A program made the position numbers and the translations under genes. Shown one piece after another: positions 1-8,947 of a DNA stretch of 59,743 bases (positions are counted from its first letter, which is position 1; every line of letters begins with the position of its first letter). Source of the stretch: an uncultured virus (IMG/VR IMGVR_UViG_3300024269_000036) (Duplodnaviria; Heunggongvirae; Uroviricota; Caudoviricetes); the IMG/VR virus record IMGVR_UViG_3300024269_000036, positions 62,001 to 121,743 of that record; one strand, given 5' to 3'. The notes beneath the pieces are model-generated. The model did no database searches. It was given only the letters and a program-made list of their open reading frames with translations, and was not told where the DNA came from.

Positions 1-413
1 GGTAGATAGAGATAACATCTTCGTCCGTTACTTCGAACTTCCAACTCCATAAGTTTATTTGCCCAAGATTCTGTGTAGAACGAAAAATAGCATTTATTGT
101 CATCTCCTAACCAAGCCCATAATATACTTGGGAGGCCTATAATAAGCAAGTATAAAACCCCAAGGTAATGGCTTTGTTTTACATGTCCCAATTCATGGCG
201 TATTGTTGTTTCTCTTTTGGCGCAACTTGGGGAAAGATAAATGAAACAACCCAAAGAAATACCACCTCTCATCGCCTCACATTCATAAATCCAACAGTAG
301 TTTTCTTTTCTAATCAGTTTTTTCTTTCCAAGAAATGGCCACATTACCAATGCGACAAGTACCTGTGGTAACTGCCATATAATAAAGAATATTTGTTTTA
401 AAATTCCCCACAT
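1..413 (-). CDS. Membrane-associated HExxH putative metallopeptidase (3' end runs off the window; not in ORF track)
   Basis: Manual translation from ATG at 413: MWGILKQIFFIIWQLPQVLVAL...GGISLGCFIYL...IRHELGHVKQSHYLGVLYLLIIGLPS...FYTESWANKL; open to position 1; ACTATTTAT motif upstream. Confidence 0.75.
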   Translation of the reverse strand, partial: MWGILKQIFFIIWQLPQVLVALVMWPFLGKKKLIRKENYCWIYECEAMRGGISLGCFIYLSPSCAKRETTIRHELGHVKQSHYLGVLYLLIIGLPSILWAWLGDDNKCYFSFYTESWANKLMELEVRSNGRRCYLYL

Positions 414-431
414 GACTTAACTTATTTTTTA

Positions 432-440
432 ATAAATAGT
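432..440 (-). promoter_or_regulatory. Putative late promoter motif ACTATTTAT
   Basis: ATAAATAGT on + strand, 18 bp upstream of the minus-strand ATG at 413; recurs upstream of structural genes. Confidence 0.55.
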
Positions 441-471
441 TTTGTCTTTTGGAGAAAAAAACCTATATTTG
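441..471 (+). promoter_or_regulatory. Bacteroidota housekeeping-sigma promoter (-33 TTTG / -7 TAnnTTTG)
   Basis: TTTG 441-444, 19 nt, TATATTTG 464-471, ATG at 488. Confidence 0.7.
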
Positions 472-487
472 CACAAAATTTAAATAT

Positions 488-1258
488 ATGGAAGATAACG
501 CAAGACTTACAAAAGAAGAGTTTAATAACAGTACGATTATACGCAATATTTCTTATGACCAAAAAGAGATATTGTATAATATTATGACACTGCATAACGG
601 TGGTAAACCATTTGATTGTGATATTACGGCCTCGACATTGAAATTCTATGAAGATAGAAAAGGTGAAGAATATCATATTCCTGAACCAAAGTACCTTTTT
701 GATGTATTCCCTCAGTTTGATAGGGTTGGTAAAATCACCCCATTTGAAAAACTTCCGTTGGAAGATGAAAGCATCGAATCAATTGTCATTGACCTTCCAT
801 TTGTGATTTCTCCTAAGGCTTGTCCAAGTGTTGTTAATAACAAAGAAGGTTCATCATTGATAGCCAAGAGATTTTCATCCTTTTATCCTGTGGGTGAACT
901 TATGGAAAATGAATATTGGTGGATTAAAGAGGCTTATAGAGTCCTTAAACCCGGAGGAATCTGTGTTTTTAAAATGCAATCAACAGTTTCGGGTGGCTTG
1001 GAAATTTGGGCTGTACCATTTGCATTCATGTCTGCTCAGAAACTTGGTTTTTATGTTAAGGATGAGTTTATTCTTGAAGCAAAAGCAAGACTAATTTCTG
1101 CAGGTAAGTACAAGGCACAACAGCATGCAAGAAAATATACTTCAACATTTTGGGTTTTTGAAAAGAATGAGAAGAAGGCTAAGAAGACAAACCTTTTTAA
1201 CATTTTAGAGAATTGTGAAAATCAGGAACTTGAAGGTAAAGTTTGGGAGGTAAAGTAA
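488..1258 (+). CDS. SAM-dependent DNA methyltransferase-like protein with atypical motifs
   Basis: LPLEDESIESIVIDLPF (DPPF-like motif IV) and EAYRVLKPGGICVFK; start moved to ATG 488, downstream of promoter. Confidence 0.7.
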   Translation: MEDNARLTKEEFNNSTIIRNISYDQKEILYNIMTLHNGGKPFDCDITASTLKFYEDRKGEEYHIPEPKYLFDVFPQFDRVGKITPFEKLPLEDESIESIVIDLPFVISPKACPSVVNNKEGSSLIAKRFSSFYPVGELMENEYWWIKEAYRVLKPGGICVFKMQSTVSGGLEIWAVPFAFMSAQKLGFYVKDEFILEAKARLISAGKYKAQQHARKYTSTFWVFEKNEKKAKKTNLFNILENCENQELEGKVWEVK

Positions 1259-1283
1259 TAATAAAAATTAAAAGTAGTTAATT

Positions 1284-1499
1284 ATGGAAATTTATAGTTA
1301 TGTATTAAAAACAGGTTCAGGTGACATTGAGCATAAAATTGTTATAGATAAAAACTATAATGATGCAATTGATTTTATTAAAAATGAAATGCCTTGGGAA
1401 TATGAAGCTTGGGCAAGTGAATGGGAGGATGAATGGGGGGAATATGATGGTTCAAACATTGATTATGGATGTTTTGATAAACAAATGATTAAACTATAA
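1284..1499 (+). CDS. Hypothetical acidic protein
   Basis: ATG ORF tightly packed in + strand gene run. Confidence 0.6.
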   Translation: MEIYSYVLKTGSGDIEHKIVIDKNYNDAIDFIKNEMPWEYEAWASEWEDEWGEYDGSNIDYGCFDKQMIKL

Positions 1500-1506
1500 A
1501 AGTAAT

Positions 1507-1932
1507 ATGAATGTAAAAGAAATATTGAGTGAACGGCTGCAAAATGATTTCAGGGCAGAACAGATGAAAACTGTTATATTGAATCGTATTGGTTTCTTAG
1601 AAAATGATTTATTGTCCTGTCCTTTTACTGATAGGAAATCACAAATAAAGGCTTATAAAGATTGTATCGATATTCTTAATAAAGAGTTTTATGAACTTCA
1701 GTTACCTTATGATATAAATCTTGAGACAAAACTTCATGATGTAAAGGAAACGATAGTAAATAAAATATATCCAATTGACGATAGAATGAGAGGTGCGAGA
1801 GAGTATAGGGCAAAGTATATGGAAAATCAAAGAAAAGCAGGAGAAATTGCCGATATAATTGAATCGCTTTGCTATGAGATGTTCATTCAAGGGTATGAAT
1901 ATGCAAATGAACAAAATAAAAAAACAGAGTAA
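1507..1932 (+). CDS. Hypothetical protein
   Basis: 141 aa ORF, packed spacing. Confidence 0.65.
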   Translation: MNVKEILSERLQNDFRAEQMKTVILNRIGFLENDLLSCPFTDRKSQIKAYKDCIDILNKEFYELQLPYDINLETKLHDVKETIVNKIYPIDDRMRGAREYRAKYMENQRKAGEIADIIESLCYEMFIQGYEYANEQNKKTE

Positions 1933-1936
1933 AGTT

Positions 1937-2302
1937 ATGGTATATCAAATATATTATGGGAATAGGGATGTGATGTTTGATATTGAGTTTTATCAAAAAA
2001 AATCCGAACATGAAAACACCAAGGGACTATGGTGTTCTGAAATAAAAGTATTGCCTTGTGTGGAGGGTATTACACGTTTTTTGGAATCTAAAAGGAATGA
2101 TGACAGTTTTGACTATGGGGAATTCATTAGAGAAGCCCATGAAATTCAAGAATTAAGAGGATGGCTATACGAGAGAAGCGGTAATAAGTATTGTGAATAT
2201 GATATTAACAATCAACTTCATTATCACAGAAGAAGGGAATACATAGAAACTGTTATTAATGATTTTGCTGATTTATATAATTTGAGTGTAAATGTAGATT
2301 AA
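1937..2302 (+). CDS. Hypothetical protein
   Basis: Start moved to ATG 1937, 4 bp after the previous stop. Confidence 0.65.
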   Translation: MVYQIYYGNRDVMFDIEFYQKKSEHENTKGLWCSEIKVLPCVEGITRFLESKRNDDSFDYGEFIREAHEIQELRGWLYERSGNKYCEYDINNQLHYHRRREYIETVINDFADLYNLSVNVD

Positions 2303-2306
2303 TAGT

Positions 2307-2873
2307 ATGCAGCATTTCAGATTAAGATGTAAACATTGTCAAAAAGAATACACATATTGTACATATGGTAATGGCCCTGAGTATGGTACTGAGGAAGGTT
2401 GTTCAATGTATTATTGTGCTGAATGTCGGAAGGCAATAGATGATGCGTTATCCAAGATTCCTCAAAAGTGCAGACCATATTATTCGTTTGTAACGAACAG
2501 TGAAACAAAAGAAAAACTTGAGCGAGTTTTTAAAGAAGAAAGGGAGAAGTTCGAAAAATCCAATCATATCAATACAGCAAGATTAGTTGGTGACTATGGC
2601 TATGAATCGGTGGAAGAATGCACAGTGGATTGGGTAAAGTATCTTAGAGGTGTCAAAAAAGACGGTACTGTGGAGTTTAAGGTTGAAAAGGAATATGATT
2701 TGTTAAATAAAATAGAAACTGATAAATTGTATTCCGACACAACAAACAATGAAAAACAAAGATATTATCCAATTGTACAATTTAGATTCCCTAAATACGA
2801 TGAAATTGCTGTGAAACCTTTTTCACCTCCACAGGGAGATATTTTTTATATAAACACGAAATTTCAATTATAA
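2307..2873 (+). CDS. Hypothetical protein with N-terminal CxxC...CxxC zinc-ribbon-like motif
   Basis: CKHC and CAEC pairs. Confidence 0.65.
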   Translation: MQHFRLRCKHCQKEYTYCTYGNGPEYGTEEGCSMYYCAECRKAIDDALSKIPQKCRPYYSFVTNSETKEKLERVFKEEREKFEKSNHINTARLVGDYGYESVEECTVDWVKYLRGVKKDGTVEFKVEKEYDLLNKIETDKLYSDTTNNEKQRYYPIVQFRFPKYDEIAVKPFSPPQGDIFYINTKFQL

Positions 2874-2881
2874 AAAAAATT

Positions 2882-3145
2882 ATGATATACACAGAGACTG
2901 ATTTTGTCAAAAAGTTAAGAAAAGAACATTGTAAAGGTTGTAGAAATGAAGGAGACGAATTTCAGCGTTATTGTAACGGGCAATCTGTAATTCATTGTTA
3001 TCTTGTAAAACAATATGTCCCGGATGCTGAATGGAAAAAAACAATAGAGAATGATATTCTTAACGAACAGACAAAAAATATTTCGGATGCAATTGATAAA
3101 AAAATAATAGAAGAACTTTTAGGAACATATGGGTTGGAGGGTTAA
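2882..3145 (+). CDS. Hypothetical Cys-containing protein
   Basis: HCKGC...C...HC; packed ORF. Confidence 0.6.
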   Translation: MIYTETDFVKKLRKEHCKGCRNEGDEFQRYCNGQSVIHCYLVKQYVPDAEWKKTIENDILNEQTKNISDAIDKKIIEELLGTYGLEG

Positions 3146-3680
3146 TTGGTATAAAGCGGATAAGGATGAACCGATAATAAAAGTTGAAGAAGATAACGGT
3201 TATCCGTGGTTTGAAATTAACGGCGAGGTAATTTGTCATAACAACGGTACTGAATTTTGGCTTAAACTAAAAGGGGAGAATGAAGATTTTCAAAAAGAAA
3301 TCAAATGCTTGTTCGAACATGATGATGTTGATGTGTATTCAATAACCAAAGAAGGATTCAAGATGATTATTCTTGAATACAGACAGAGGATAATTGATTA
3401 TATGAAAGCATCTCTTGACTTATATCAGCATCCTGAGGAAAAAGAATTTTCAAAGCATTGGTTTACTGTTGAATTGGTAAAGGAATGGGAGCATGAAATT
3501 AGAGAATGGGAGAGTAGTTATTTAGGAGATGATGGTGAAAGGCACTATTTCAATATTGATTTATCTGATAGAAAACTCGTAAGTAGTTCATGGATGTATA
3601 AGTTTGCCATTTTTGATATGATTTTTATTTATAAGACATTTGATTGGGATAATAATACAATGGTTGTTTATGGTGGATAA
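3129..3680 (+). CDS. Hypothetical phage protein
   Basis: 183 aa ORF overlapping the previous stop. Confidence 0.65.
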   Translation: MGWRVNWYKADKDEPIIKVEEDNGYPWFEINGEVICHNNGTEFWLKLKGENEDFQKEIKCLFEHDDVDVYSITKEGFKMIILEYRQRIIDYMKASLDLYQHPEEKEFSKHWFTVELVKEWEHEIREWESSYLGDDGERHYFNIDLSDRKLVSSSWMYKFAIFDMIFIYKTFDWDNNTMVVYGG

Positions 3681-4365
3681 GAAAAACGAATTTTTAATTG
3701 ATTCTGATGTGCATGACCCACACATTACATGTTTAAGTGATGCCATCGGCGTTATAAAAATTATTAACGATGATGTTGTTAGACTTATCGAGGAATCTTG
3801 TGGGAAGATGCATTTTGTCCCTAAAGGCTATCTTGATAAGGGTAAGTATGTGTTGACAGGTTTTTATCTTTCTCCTAGTACTGATTTTTATGACAATATT
3901 GAACCACAGGCTGAAACAGATATTGTTATGATATCCGATGACAATGATTCGTTCTTCAATGTTAGAAGGGAAGAATTTGATTATCTTTTGGGAAAAACAT
4001 TTAAATGTGATTCTTTAGGTTCGGTCATACAGGTTGTTGGTTTACCATGTGTCCAAGAATTTGAGTCATATCAGTTTTTATATGAGAGATATGATAAAAG
4101 TTTTGATGGCGAATGGATGCCTCAGGATTATATATGGTTGCAGGAACAAACGGAGGAAGATTATAAATTTTGTTGTTTAACAACACAAACAGAAATGAAT
4201 ATTGCTTCTGAGAATATGTTTCATCTTGGTGATGATGGTAACTTATATTTGGGATGTGATGTTGAAGAATACTATAAGTTTACTGAATGCTCAGGTGAAC
4301 TTTTTGAAGAGGCACGAGAGAAGGCATTGGAAAAATATGGAAGATACGTGCCAAATAAACACTAA
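3670..4365 (+). CDS. Hypothetical acidic protein
   Basis: Long ORF; start moved to ATG 3670. Confidence 0.65.
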   Translation: MVDKKNEFLIDSDVHDPHITCLSDAIGVIKIINDDVVRLIEESCGKMHFVPKGYLDKGKYVLTGFYLSPSTDFYDNIEPQAETDIVMISDDNDSFFNVRREEFDYLLGKTFKCDSLGSVIQVVGLPCVQEFESYQFLYERYDKSFDGEWMPQDYIWLQEQTEEDYKFCCLTTQTEMNIASENMFHLGDDGNLYLGCDVEEYYKFTECSGELFEEAREKALEKYGRYVPNKH

Positions 4366-4380
4366 ATTATTTGAAATAAT

Positions 4381-5172
4381 ATGATTCTTAAAAGTGTTGA
4401 GTATTATCAGAATCTGAAAAAAAAGTTGGCAAAATATAATCAGATATATAAAGATAATATCGCCCCTAAACCATATGTGGGGGATAATAGCAAATTATAC
4501 GCTAAATTAAAACCTATTTCATATCAGGATTTCTTCGATAAATACACAACTTATCTACCGACCCCCAATTATATTCCAAAGAATTTAAAGGGGGATAAAG
4601 AATACGGACGTTCAATAGAGCATCTTCAAATGCTGGCCGGACGTTATAAAGAACTTGTTAATGACGACACATTTACTTTGGAAGAATTTTTTGATGATAT
4701 TATTTGCCATGTCATCATTGAAACTTTTGATGGTCATAAACCTGAGAAAGAATTGGTAAAGATTCTTTCTGAGAAAGGTTATGATGTTGAAGAAACATAT
4801 GGTGTGATGGATTCTGAATATGGCGTTGACCTCATAGTTAAAAAAGATGGTGTTGTTAAAGAATATATACAGGTTAAACCGATATCGACTTTTTTAGGTA
4901 ATAAGAACATTTCTTTAAAAAACGATAGAGCAAATTTTTTCAATAAACAGTATCTTCTGGATGAGTTTGTGAAACAGCACCCGCATCTTCCTAAACGAGA
5001 TATCATTTTCATGATATACGATTATAATCATCTTCATAATACAGGTGAAGTTAGATGGTGTTATAAAGATGGAAAGGTAAAGTTCAAACTGAATGAACTT
5101 TGTTTAACCAATGGGGAGACTAAAGTCAAATTTTCAGATTTCATAAGTCAAAAATTGCTTTTGAAGCAATAA
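4381..5172 (+). CDS. PD-(D/E)xK nuclease, MjaI-like restriction endonuclease fold
   Basis: DSEYGVDLIV...YIQVKPIS resembles D-x-x-GxD...IQxKP of MjaI-type enzymes. Confidence 0.55.
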   Translation: MILKSVEYYQNLKKKLAKYNQIYKDNIAPKPYVGDNSKLYAKLKPISYQDFFDKYTTYLPTPNYIPKNLKGDKEYGRSIEHLQMLAGRYKELVNDDTFTLEEFFDDIICHVIIETFDGHKPEKELVKILSEKGYDVEETYGVMDSEYGVDLIVKKDGVVKEYIQVKPISTFLGNKNISLKNDRANFFNKQYLLDEFVKQHPHLPKRDIIFMIYDYNHLHNTGEVRWCYKDGKVKFKLNELCLTNGETKVKFSDFISQKLLLKQ

Positions 5173-5227
5173 CATTGACATTTGTGTAACATTTTTTTAT
5201 ATTATTAGTATAAAATCATAGAAAATT

Positions 5228-5767
5228 ATGGCAGTAAAAAAGATTACATTAACCGAAGACCACTTGAAACTAATTTCAGCAATTAAGGTGGAAGCGTTTG
5301 ATTTCGATGATAAAGAAAAACTTGCACAACTTAAGAGGACTGTAAGGCGTCTTAATCTTGTTGATAAAATGGAACCTGAAAATAAGTTATCCACAAAACA
5401 TGATGAATGGGATTTTTATATGAAGGAGAACGAGGTTCTTATGGAAGAAATCAATGAGTTCAACCCCCACTCACATATAGGTTGGGCAATTGACCAATAT
5501 AACCTTTTCGGCGGAACTTATGTCCTTGAAGATGTTGCTCTTATTATAGGAAAATGGGGTGAGGCTATTCCCGGCACAGAATTAGAGCCAACAGGAAGAC
5601 GTTACCCTGAGGAACTTGAGGAATATATGTATGGGCTTTATGAGTATATTGTGGAGAATCTTGTATTCATTGAGAGCCTTGTTCATGAATTCTGTATGAA
5701 GGGTGGACTACAACCAGGTACATATAAGTGTCTAGACTATGAACTTAATTGGGAACGAGTTTCTTAA
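5228..5767 (+). CDS. Hypothetical phage protein
   Basis: 179 aa ORF (ITLTEDHLKLI...FGGTYVLEDVALIIG). Confidence 0.7.
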   Translation: MAVKKITLTEDHLKLISAIKVEAFDFDDKEKLAQLKRTVRRLNLVDKMEPENKLSTKHDEWDFYMKENEVLMEEINEFNPHSHIGWAIDQYNLFGGTYVLEDVALIIGKWGEAIPGTELEPTGRRYPEELEEYMYGLYEYIVENLVFIESLVHEFCMKGGLQPGTYKCLDYELNWERVS

Positions 5768-5778
5768 TATTAAGAATT

Positions 5779-5833
5779 TTTGGCATGATATTTGTAGTAT
5801 ATTTTCGATAATTTAAAAAATAGATTTAATATG
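5779..5833 (+). repeat. 55-bp direct repeat copy 1 (sigma54-like promoter + leader + ATG)
   Basis: TTTGGCATGATATTTGTAGTATATTTTCGATAATTTAAAAAATAGATTTAATATG; one mismatch to 6349-6403. Confidence 0.95.
5781..5795 (+). promoter_or_regulatory. Sigma54-like -24/-12 motif
   Basis: TGGCATG-ATAT-TTGT, 50 bp upstream of ATG 5831. Confidence 0.65.
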
Positions 5834-6253
5834 GAGAAAAAATATTATGTGAAATGCCATGGATATCATGCCTTTATGTTTAATAAACATGGAATTATTG
5901 CAGACTCTGAAGGCCGTTTTATTGTAGACAATATTGCTTTATGCGAAAGCATTATATCAGAATGTGAAGAATATATTTTGAATGGCATTAATATTGTTAA
6001 AAAATATGCTAAAGAGGATGGCGACTCTGATATTGAAATTGCTGAAAATATAATTTTATCCGTATTTAGTGAATTTGTTAATGAGCAAAAAGTAAAAGAA
6101 TTGACAGTGAAATGTAAAAATATTTTACAAACACAATATAATATTTTACTATTATGTAATGAAAAAACTGAACGAATAAAATTGGCGATTGAAGAAAGTG
6201 ATAGATTTTTAAAAAACATGAATAATTTGGAAATAAAAGTGTTATACTTATGA
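5831..6253 (+). CDS. Hypothetical protein in repeat-flanked cassette
   Basis: 140 aa very AT-rich ORF starting at the ATG of repeat copy 1. Confidence 0.65.
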   Translation: MEKKYYVKCHGYHAFMFNKHGIIADSEGRFIVDNIALCESIISECEEYILNGINIVKKYAKEDGDSDIEIAENIILSVFSEFVNEQKVKELTVKCKNILQTQYNILLLCNEKTERIKLAIEESDRFLKNMNNLEIKVLYL

Positions 6254-6348
6254 AACAAAATTTAACTAATATAAAATCACTAATATATAGAATGGGTAAA
6301 AACATGACTTTAGTTGATAACAATTTTTGAAATTAATGATATTAATAA

Positions 6349-6403
6349 TTTGGTATGATATTTGTAGTATATTTTCGATAATTTAAAAAATAGATTTAAT
6401 ATG
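6349..6403 (+). repeat. 55-bp direct repeat copy 2
   Basis: Same as 5779-5833 except TGGT for TGGC. Confidence 0.95.
6351..6365 (+). promoter_or_regulatory. Sigma54-like -24/-12 motif
   Basis: TGGTATG-ATAT-TTGT, 50 bp upstream of ATG 6401. Confidence 0.6.
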
Positions 6404-6733
6404 AGTGAATTTTGTGTTATTTGCGGAAGCGAACTTGTAGAGGGTAAGTGCCCTAACGCATATGGTTTAAAGAAGATGTGCATTAATTGCCTTTGGTCTC
6501 GCAGAGAGGAAAACGGCTATGTTTGTGTTAATGAAGCGGTACTTAAGCCTGCATACGAGAAGATGTTGGCTGCGCTCCCTGAAGGTTTTGAAGTGGAGAC
6601 AATTAAGCTGAAGCCTATGGCTCTTAAGAATCCTTGCAAGAAGTGTGGAAATCATGACCTTGATGGAGGTAGAGTTGCCTTGGAAGCCCTCGCAAATGTG
6701 GGACTTGAAGAATATCTTCGTGGTGAACTTTAA
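6401..6733 (+). CDS. Small Cys-rich putative zinc-binding protein
   Basis: CVIC, CINC, CKKC motifs. Confidence 0.7.
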   Translation: MSEFCVICGSELVEGKCPNAYGLKKMCINCLWSRREENGYVCVNEAVLKPAYEKMLAALPEGFEVETIKLKPMALKNPCKKCGNHDLDGGRVALEALANVGLEEYLRGEL

Positions 6734-6760
6734 AAAATCAGCCACAAAGTGGCTGATTTT
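6734..6760. terminator. Intrinsic terminator hairpin
   Basis: AAAATCAGCCAC-AAA-GTGGCTGATTTT. Confidence 0.75.
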
Positions 6761-6767
6761 ACCTTTT

Positions 6768-6782
6768 TGGTATGGTATTTGC
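6768..6782 (+). promoter_or_regulatory. Sigma54-like -24/-12 motif upstream of the phage sigma gene
   Basis: TGGTATG-GTAT-TTGC right after a terminator, 58 bp upstream of ATG 6826. Confidence 0.6.
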
Positions 6783-6825
6783 GGTAAGATAAGAAAACTT
6801 AATAAAAAATTTAAAACGATATTGA

Positions 6826-7686
6826 ATGATTAAAAGTGTATTTGTAAAAGAGGTTGAGAGAACGAACAATCTACATCGTTACTTTGATGATATTAAGAAT
6901 TATGAACTGATTTCCGCTGAAGAGGAAATTGAACTCATAACACGTGCACAGGAAGGTGAACAGGCTGCAATGGATAAACTTGTTATGTCACATCAGAGAT
7001 ATATTTTCTCTTTTGCCCGACAGTATTCCAATGGTAAAAATGTCACTGACCTTGTAAATGTGGCTAATGACGGTTTCATTGAGGCAATAAACAGGTTTGA
7101 TGTTACGAGAGGCTTCAGACTTTGTTCATATGCTAATTTTTGGATGAAAGAACGCCTTAACAAATATATACTTAATGAGCATCAGCCGATTAAGAAAACA
7201 AACTATTATAAGACTTATAGCAAGGCTAATAAGTTGAAGAATGAGTTTTTCCTTTTGAATGGGCGTTATCCAACCACAGATGAACTTCTTGAGGAACTTA
7301 AAAATGTTTATGGGTTGACCATTAAAAATGTTGGTGACTTATATGACATTGCATATAGTTCAATCAATTCAACATTGGATGACGGCGAATCTTTTTTTGA
7401 GGACTCACCTGAGTTCAACAACGCAACATCCTCATATAACGATTATGAGAAAACAGTGACTGCCGAATATAATGAGGCTCTTGTTAGTCTTATGTTGAGT
7501 GGGCTTACTGAAAAAGAGCAAAAGGTGATAAAGCCACTGTTTGGAATTGGATGTGAGGAAAAGGACATGGAAAATGTCGCTGATGAAATGGGTATGACTA
7601 AGGAAAGAATACGCCAACTTAAAACTTCGATATGCGAGAAATTGCGTAGTAGGTATGATTCTTATTATAAGAAGAAGGCTATTTAA
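6826..7686 (+). CDS. RNA polymerase sigma-70 family factor (RpoD/RpoS-like; regions 1.2, 2, 3, 4)
   Basis: YFDDIKNYELISAEEEIEL (1.2), DLVNVANDGFIEAINRFDVTRGFRLCSYANFW (2), MTKERIRQL (4.2). Confidence 0.92.
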   Translation: MIKSVFVKEVERTNNLHRYFDDIKNYELISAEEEIELITRAQEGEQAAMDKLVMSHQRYIFSFARQYSNGKNVTDLVNVANDGFIEAINRFDVTRGFRLCSYANFWMKERLNKYILNEHQPIKKTNYYKTYSKANKLKNEFFLLNGRYPTTDELLEELKNVYGLTIKNVGDLYDIAYSSINSTLDDGESFFEDSPEFNNATSSYNDYEKTVTAEYNEALVSLMLSGLTEKEQKVIKPLFGIGCEEKDMENVADEMGMTKERIRQLKTSICEKLRSRYDSYYKKKAI

Positions 7687-7691
7687 AAAAG

Positions 7692-7715
7692 AAGGGAGCA
7701 ATGTTGCTCCCTTTT
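7692..7715. terminator. Bidirectional terminator between convergent genes
   Basis: AAGGGAGCAA-TG-TTGCTCCCTTTT. Confidence 0.8.
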
Positions 7716-7718
7716 ATA

Positions 7719-8123
7719 TTATAGCATATTATTCTTAATTGAATATAACCTGTTGATGTCGTTGTCTGAAAATGAATATGGCACTCCGGTATCATTAAGT
7801 TCTCCATCACGACATTTGTAGAAATAACTTCTTGCAGCATCCTCTTTTTTCTTTGAAGGCCTCCAAAGTTTACGCATAATTTCAGCACAATTAACTGAAT
7901 CGTCTTTAAGCCATTGAATTACACGTGCACGTTTTGAAGCGGCATCCGCGATTTTATTCTCTTTCTTGCGGTTATCTCTCCAATCGTCATCTTTTGATTT
8001 ATCATCGTCCTGATATTTGATTTTTTTGCCTTCTTTCTCTTTTTCCCCAAGAAAAGTCTCGTTAATCGCTTCTTTAACGAGCTTGTCAACCATTTCTTGT
8101 ATATATTCTCTTCCCGTTTTCAT
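7719..8123 (-). CDS. Putative late/virion-internal protein with acidic leader (LVKEAINE)
   Basis: MKTGREYIQEMVDKLVKEAINE...; ACTATTTAT upstream; start may be 8132. Confidence 0.65.
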   Translation of the reverse strand: MKTGREYIQEMVDKLVKEAINETFLGEKEKEGKKIKYQDDDKSKDDDWRDNRKKENKIADAASKRARVIQWLKDDSVNCAEIMRKLWRPSKKKEDAARSYFYKCRDGELNDTGVPYSFSDNDINRLYSIKNNML

Positions 8124-8143
8124 AAAAAACATATTATTTTATA

Positions 8144-8152
8144 ATAAATAGT
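8144..8152 (-). promoter_or_regulatory. Putative late promoter motif ACTATTTAT
   Basis: ATAAATAGT on + strand upstream of 7719..8123. Confidence 0.55.
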
Positions 8153-8161
8153 TGATTAAAC

Positions 8162-8195
8162 TTGTTTGTTTGGCATGATATTTGTATATTTGCAT
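8162..8195 (+). promoter_or_regulatory. Composite promoter: sigma54-like motif (8171-8185) overlapping TATATTTG (8185-8192); 34 bp identical to 30068-30101 (minus)
   Basis: TTGTTTGTTTGGCATGATATTTGTATATTTGCAT. Confidence 0.7.
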
Positions 8196-8221
8196 TGTCA
8201 AGAACATAAAAGAATTTGATT

Positions 8222-8608
8222 ATGGCAAAGAATTTTACAAGAACAATGAGTCTCGATGACTTCAAGACAATGCAGAAGGAAACACCCAAAGGTATTTTCG
8301 ATGAATTTGTTAATACTGCAAGAAAAGTTGAGGAAAAGACGAAAGATTTTTTCATTGCAAGAAATAAACTTGTTGATGAATTCATGAAGCATAATGATAG
8401 GCTGCTTTTCACATATGAGCATCTTCCTGCATTAGAGGACCTCAGGCCATCTGAAGTGGGTGAACTTATGAGAACTGCAGAACATTGGGTTATTACTAAG
8501 GTAGGTGGTAAGAACGAGGTCATTATATCATTTTTCAATGGCGGTAAATCGACTTCCACAAACCCAATTTCGTTTACTGAGTTTAAGGAATTTTTAGGAG
8601 TGGAATAG
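8222..8608 (+). CDS. Hypothetical protein
   Basis: ORF downstream of composite promoter; ATG 8222. Confidence 0.7.
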   Translation: MAKNFTRTMSLDDFKTMQKETPKGIFDEFVNTARKVEEKTKDFFIARNKLVDEFMKHNDRLLFTYEHLPALEDLRPSEVGELMRTAEHWVITKVGGKNEVIISFFNGGKSTSTNPISFTEFKEFLGVE

Positions 8609-8609
8609 T

Positions 8610-8921
8610 ATGGGAAAGATAGAACCGATTTCATTTAGTCAACTACAGGAATCTGTGCTTGAAATGATTCCTGATGAGGTTATAGATTCAATTAACCAAC
8701 TAATTAAGAAAAATTACAATTCTTATAAACAAGAAAGCGAGGTGACAGTTGATGAAATTGTTAACGCTTATCTTGGACCGCTTGATGACCGTTCTTTCTG
8801 TGACCAATTGTTTTGTTGGGATATTGAAGGTTTGTATGGAAAATATGGGTGGGATGTTTCATTTCATTCGCCTGAACGTGGAGAACGGTATAACTCATAT
8901 TATTTATTTTCTAAAAAATAA
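8610..8921 (+). CDS. Hypothetical phage protein
   Basis: IPDEVIDSINQLIKKNY...WDIEGLYGKYGWDV; followed by terminator. Confidence 0.7.
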   Translation: MGKIEPISFSQLQESVLEMIPDEVIDSINQLIKKNYNSYKQESEVTVDEIVNAYLGPLDDRSFCDQLFCWDIEGLYGKYGWDVSFHSPERGERYNSYYLFSKK

Positions 8922-8947
8922 AGGAGGGAAATTATCCCTCCTTTTTT
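8920..8947. terminator. Bidirectional terminator
   Basis: AAAGGAGGGA-AATTA-TCCCTCCTTTTTT between convergent genes. Confidence 0.8.

Noticed and set aside
5779..6403. CRISPR array or IS ends
   Set aside because: Only two direct copies 570 bp apart, with promoter and ATG inside; no spacers, cas genes or transposase
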